From IMG/VR virus record IMGVR_UViG_3300020042_002525, positions 1 through 37,686 of that record: DNA of 37,686 nt. One strand, given 5' to 3'. The notes under the pieces are model-generated. The model had not been told where the DNA came from. It did not search any database and saw nothing but the letters and a program-made list of their open reading frames with translations. Both the position numbers and the translations under genes were made by a program. Shown one piece after another: positions 36,620 to 37,686 of this stretch. Source of the stretch: a virus (taxonomy: Duplodnaviria > Caudoviricetes). How positions within the stretch are numbered: position 1 is the stretch's first letter; the number at the start of each line of letters is the position of its first letter.

Positions 36620-37686
36620 AACTAAACGACATTAAAGACTTCTTTAAAAAGGAGCCTGTTAACTTATCGATGGCAGAAACTGCAAGCGTTAGTAAGTTTA
36701 ATAGAATAGAACTACCAAAGATTACAGAGGTTAAGAGCAAAGACTGGGTAAGTTATGGAGTTAATAACATGTACCCGAATGAGTTGATGGCTTTAACATC
36801 TACAAGTGCAATCCATAACGCTATTATTAAAACTAAGTCGATGCTACAAGCAGGCTCAGATATATTAATAGAAGGAACTGCAACACTTGAAGGTAGTGAG
36901 GAATATATTAAGTCTTTACCACTTAACGAAAGTATAAAGTTAAGAAGGCAGATAAAACAATTCGATAAAGTTCGCCATAACTTAGCAGCAGACTTCCAAA
37001 CATTTGGAGCGTATGCTTACGAAGTAATTTATTCAGTAGACTTTAAAAACATTTTAGAGATTAACCACGTAAACGTATCGCTTATAAGAAGCGGTAAGCT
37101 AAACGAAGATGGCAATGTAGAAGAGTATTACTATTCTCGTAACTGGCTTAATACAATGAATAACAAACCACAACGCATAGCAGCATTTGACTTGACAAAC
37201 AAAACAGATGCAAGGCAGTTGGTTTACAGATTTAACTATTCTCCTGAGCAGGAGTATTACGGAATACCTACTTACCAAAGTGCGTTAAGTTGGATTAAAT
37301 TAGATAGTGAGATAGGTTTGTTTCACTTATCTAATATTGAGAATGGCTTCTTTCCATCGTTACACATGGCTTACTTTAAGTTACCAAGTAGCAACGAAGA
37401 GAAACAAACTATCTTAAACATGCAAAAACAGCAGTTTAAAGGAGCAGATAAAGCTGGTAAGGTAATTACAACATTTAGCGATGGTAAAGACTTAGCTGCT
37501 GAGATTAACCCTATACAAGTTAGCGACTTAGATAAACAATTTATTCTAATAGGAGAAAGTTGTGTACAACAAATCATTAGTGCGCATCGAGTTACTTCGC
37601 CTATGTTATTAGGTATAGCAACCAGCGGAAAGTTAGGATACTCAAATGAGTTGGAGAATGCGTTTAAGATATTTGAAAAGACAGTA
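36515..37686 (+). repeat. Right copy of imperfect terminal direct repeat
   Basis: Matches 1-1172 at ~95% identity. Confidence 0.97.
36616..37686 (+). CDS. Portal protein, second allele, truncated by the window end
   Basis: Open frame colinear with 102-1172; mostly synonymous differences. Confidence 0.9.
   Translation, partial: MKLNDIKDFFKKEPVNLSMAETASVSKFNRIELPKITEVKSKDWVSYGVNNMYPNELMALTSTSAIHNAIIKTKSMLQAGSDILIEGTATLEGSEEYIKSLPLNESIKLRRQIKQFDKVRHNLAADFQTFGAYAYEVIYSVDFKNILEINHVNVSLIRSGKLNEDGNVEEYYYSRNWLNTMNNKPQRIAAFDLTNKTDARQLVYRFNYSPEQEYYGIPTYQSALSWIKLDSEIGLFHLSNIENGFFPSLHMAYFKLPSSNEEKQTILNMQKQQFKGADKAGKVITTFSDGKDLAAEINPIQVSDLDKQFILIGESCVQQIISAHRVTSPMLLGIATSGKLGYSNELENAFKIFEKTV

Noticed and set aside
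1-37686. Stop-codon reassignment
   Set aside because: Standard-code ORFs tile the genome densely, and TAA, TAG and TGA all end well-supported genes

Overview
The window is an apparently complete ~36.5 kb tailed phage genome (unit length 36,514 bp). It is siphovirus-like: tail tube and tape-measure candidates are present and no sheath is recognisable. The host is probably Bacteroidota/Flavobacteria-like, judged from TAnnTTTG promoters, A-rich leaders without Shine-Dalgarno sequences and a DUF3127-type SSB. The first 1,172 bp recur at the end but at only ~95% identity. Modules: (i) portal, adaptor and lysis (1-2916); (ii) a leftward, translationally coupled operon (9063 to 2998) with an XRE-HTH, about six glycosyltransferase-like genes, a radical SAM enzyme, a methyltransferase, an ECF-sigma-like protein and a small membrane protein; (iii) a rightward early/replication operon (DnaA domain IV, ERF, C5-MTase, SSB, SNF2-MTase fusion, initiator with iterons, helicase, nuclease); (iv) terminase; (v) tail operon; (vi) head operon. 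No integrase, DNA polymerase, tRNA or CRISPR array was seen. The most interesting signals are the glyco-modification operon; a candidate ~65-nt antisense sRNA complementary to a TAACCAA motif in six early-gene leaders; a three-way-junction attenuator/C4-like RNA upstream of the replication initiator; and an identical bipartite leaderless late promoter (TTTGCAA-N15-TACACTAT-N4-ATG) heading both structural operons. All product calls rest on motif recognition by eye; no database searches were run.
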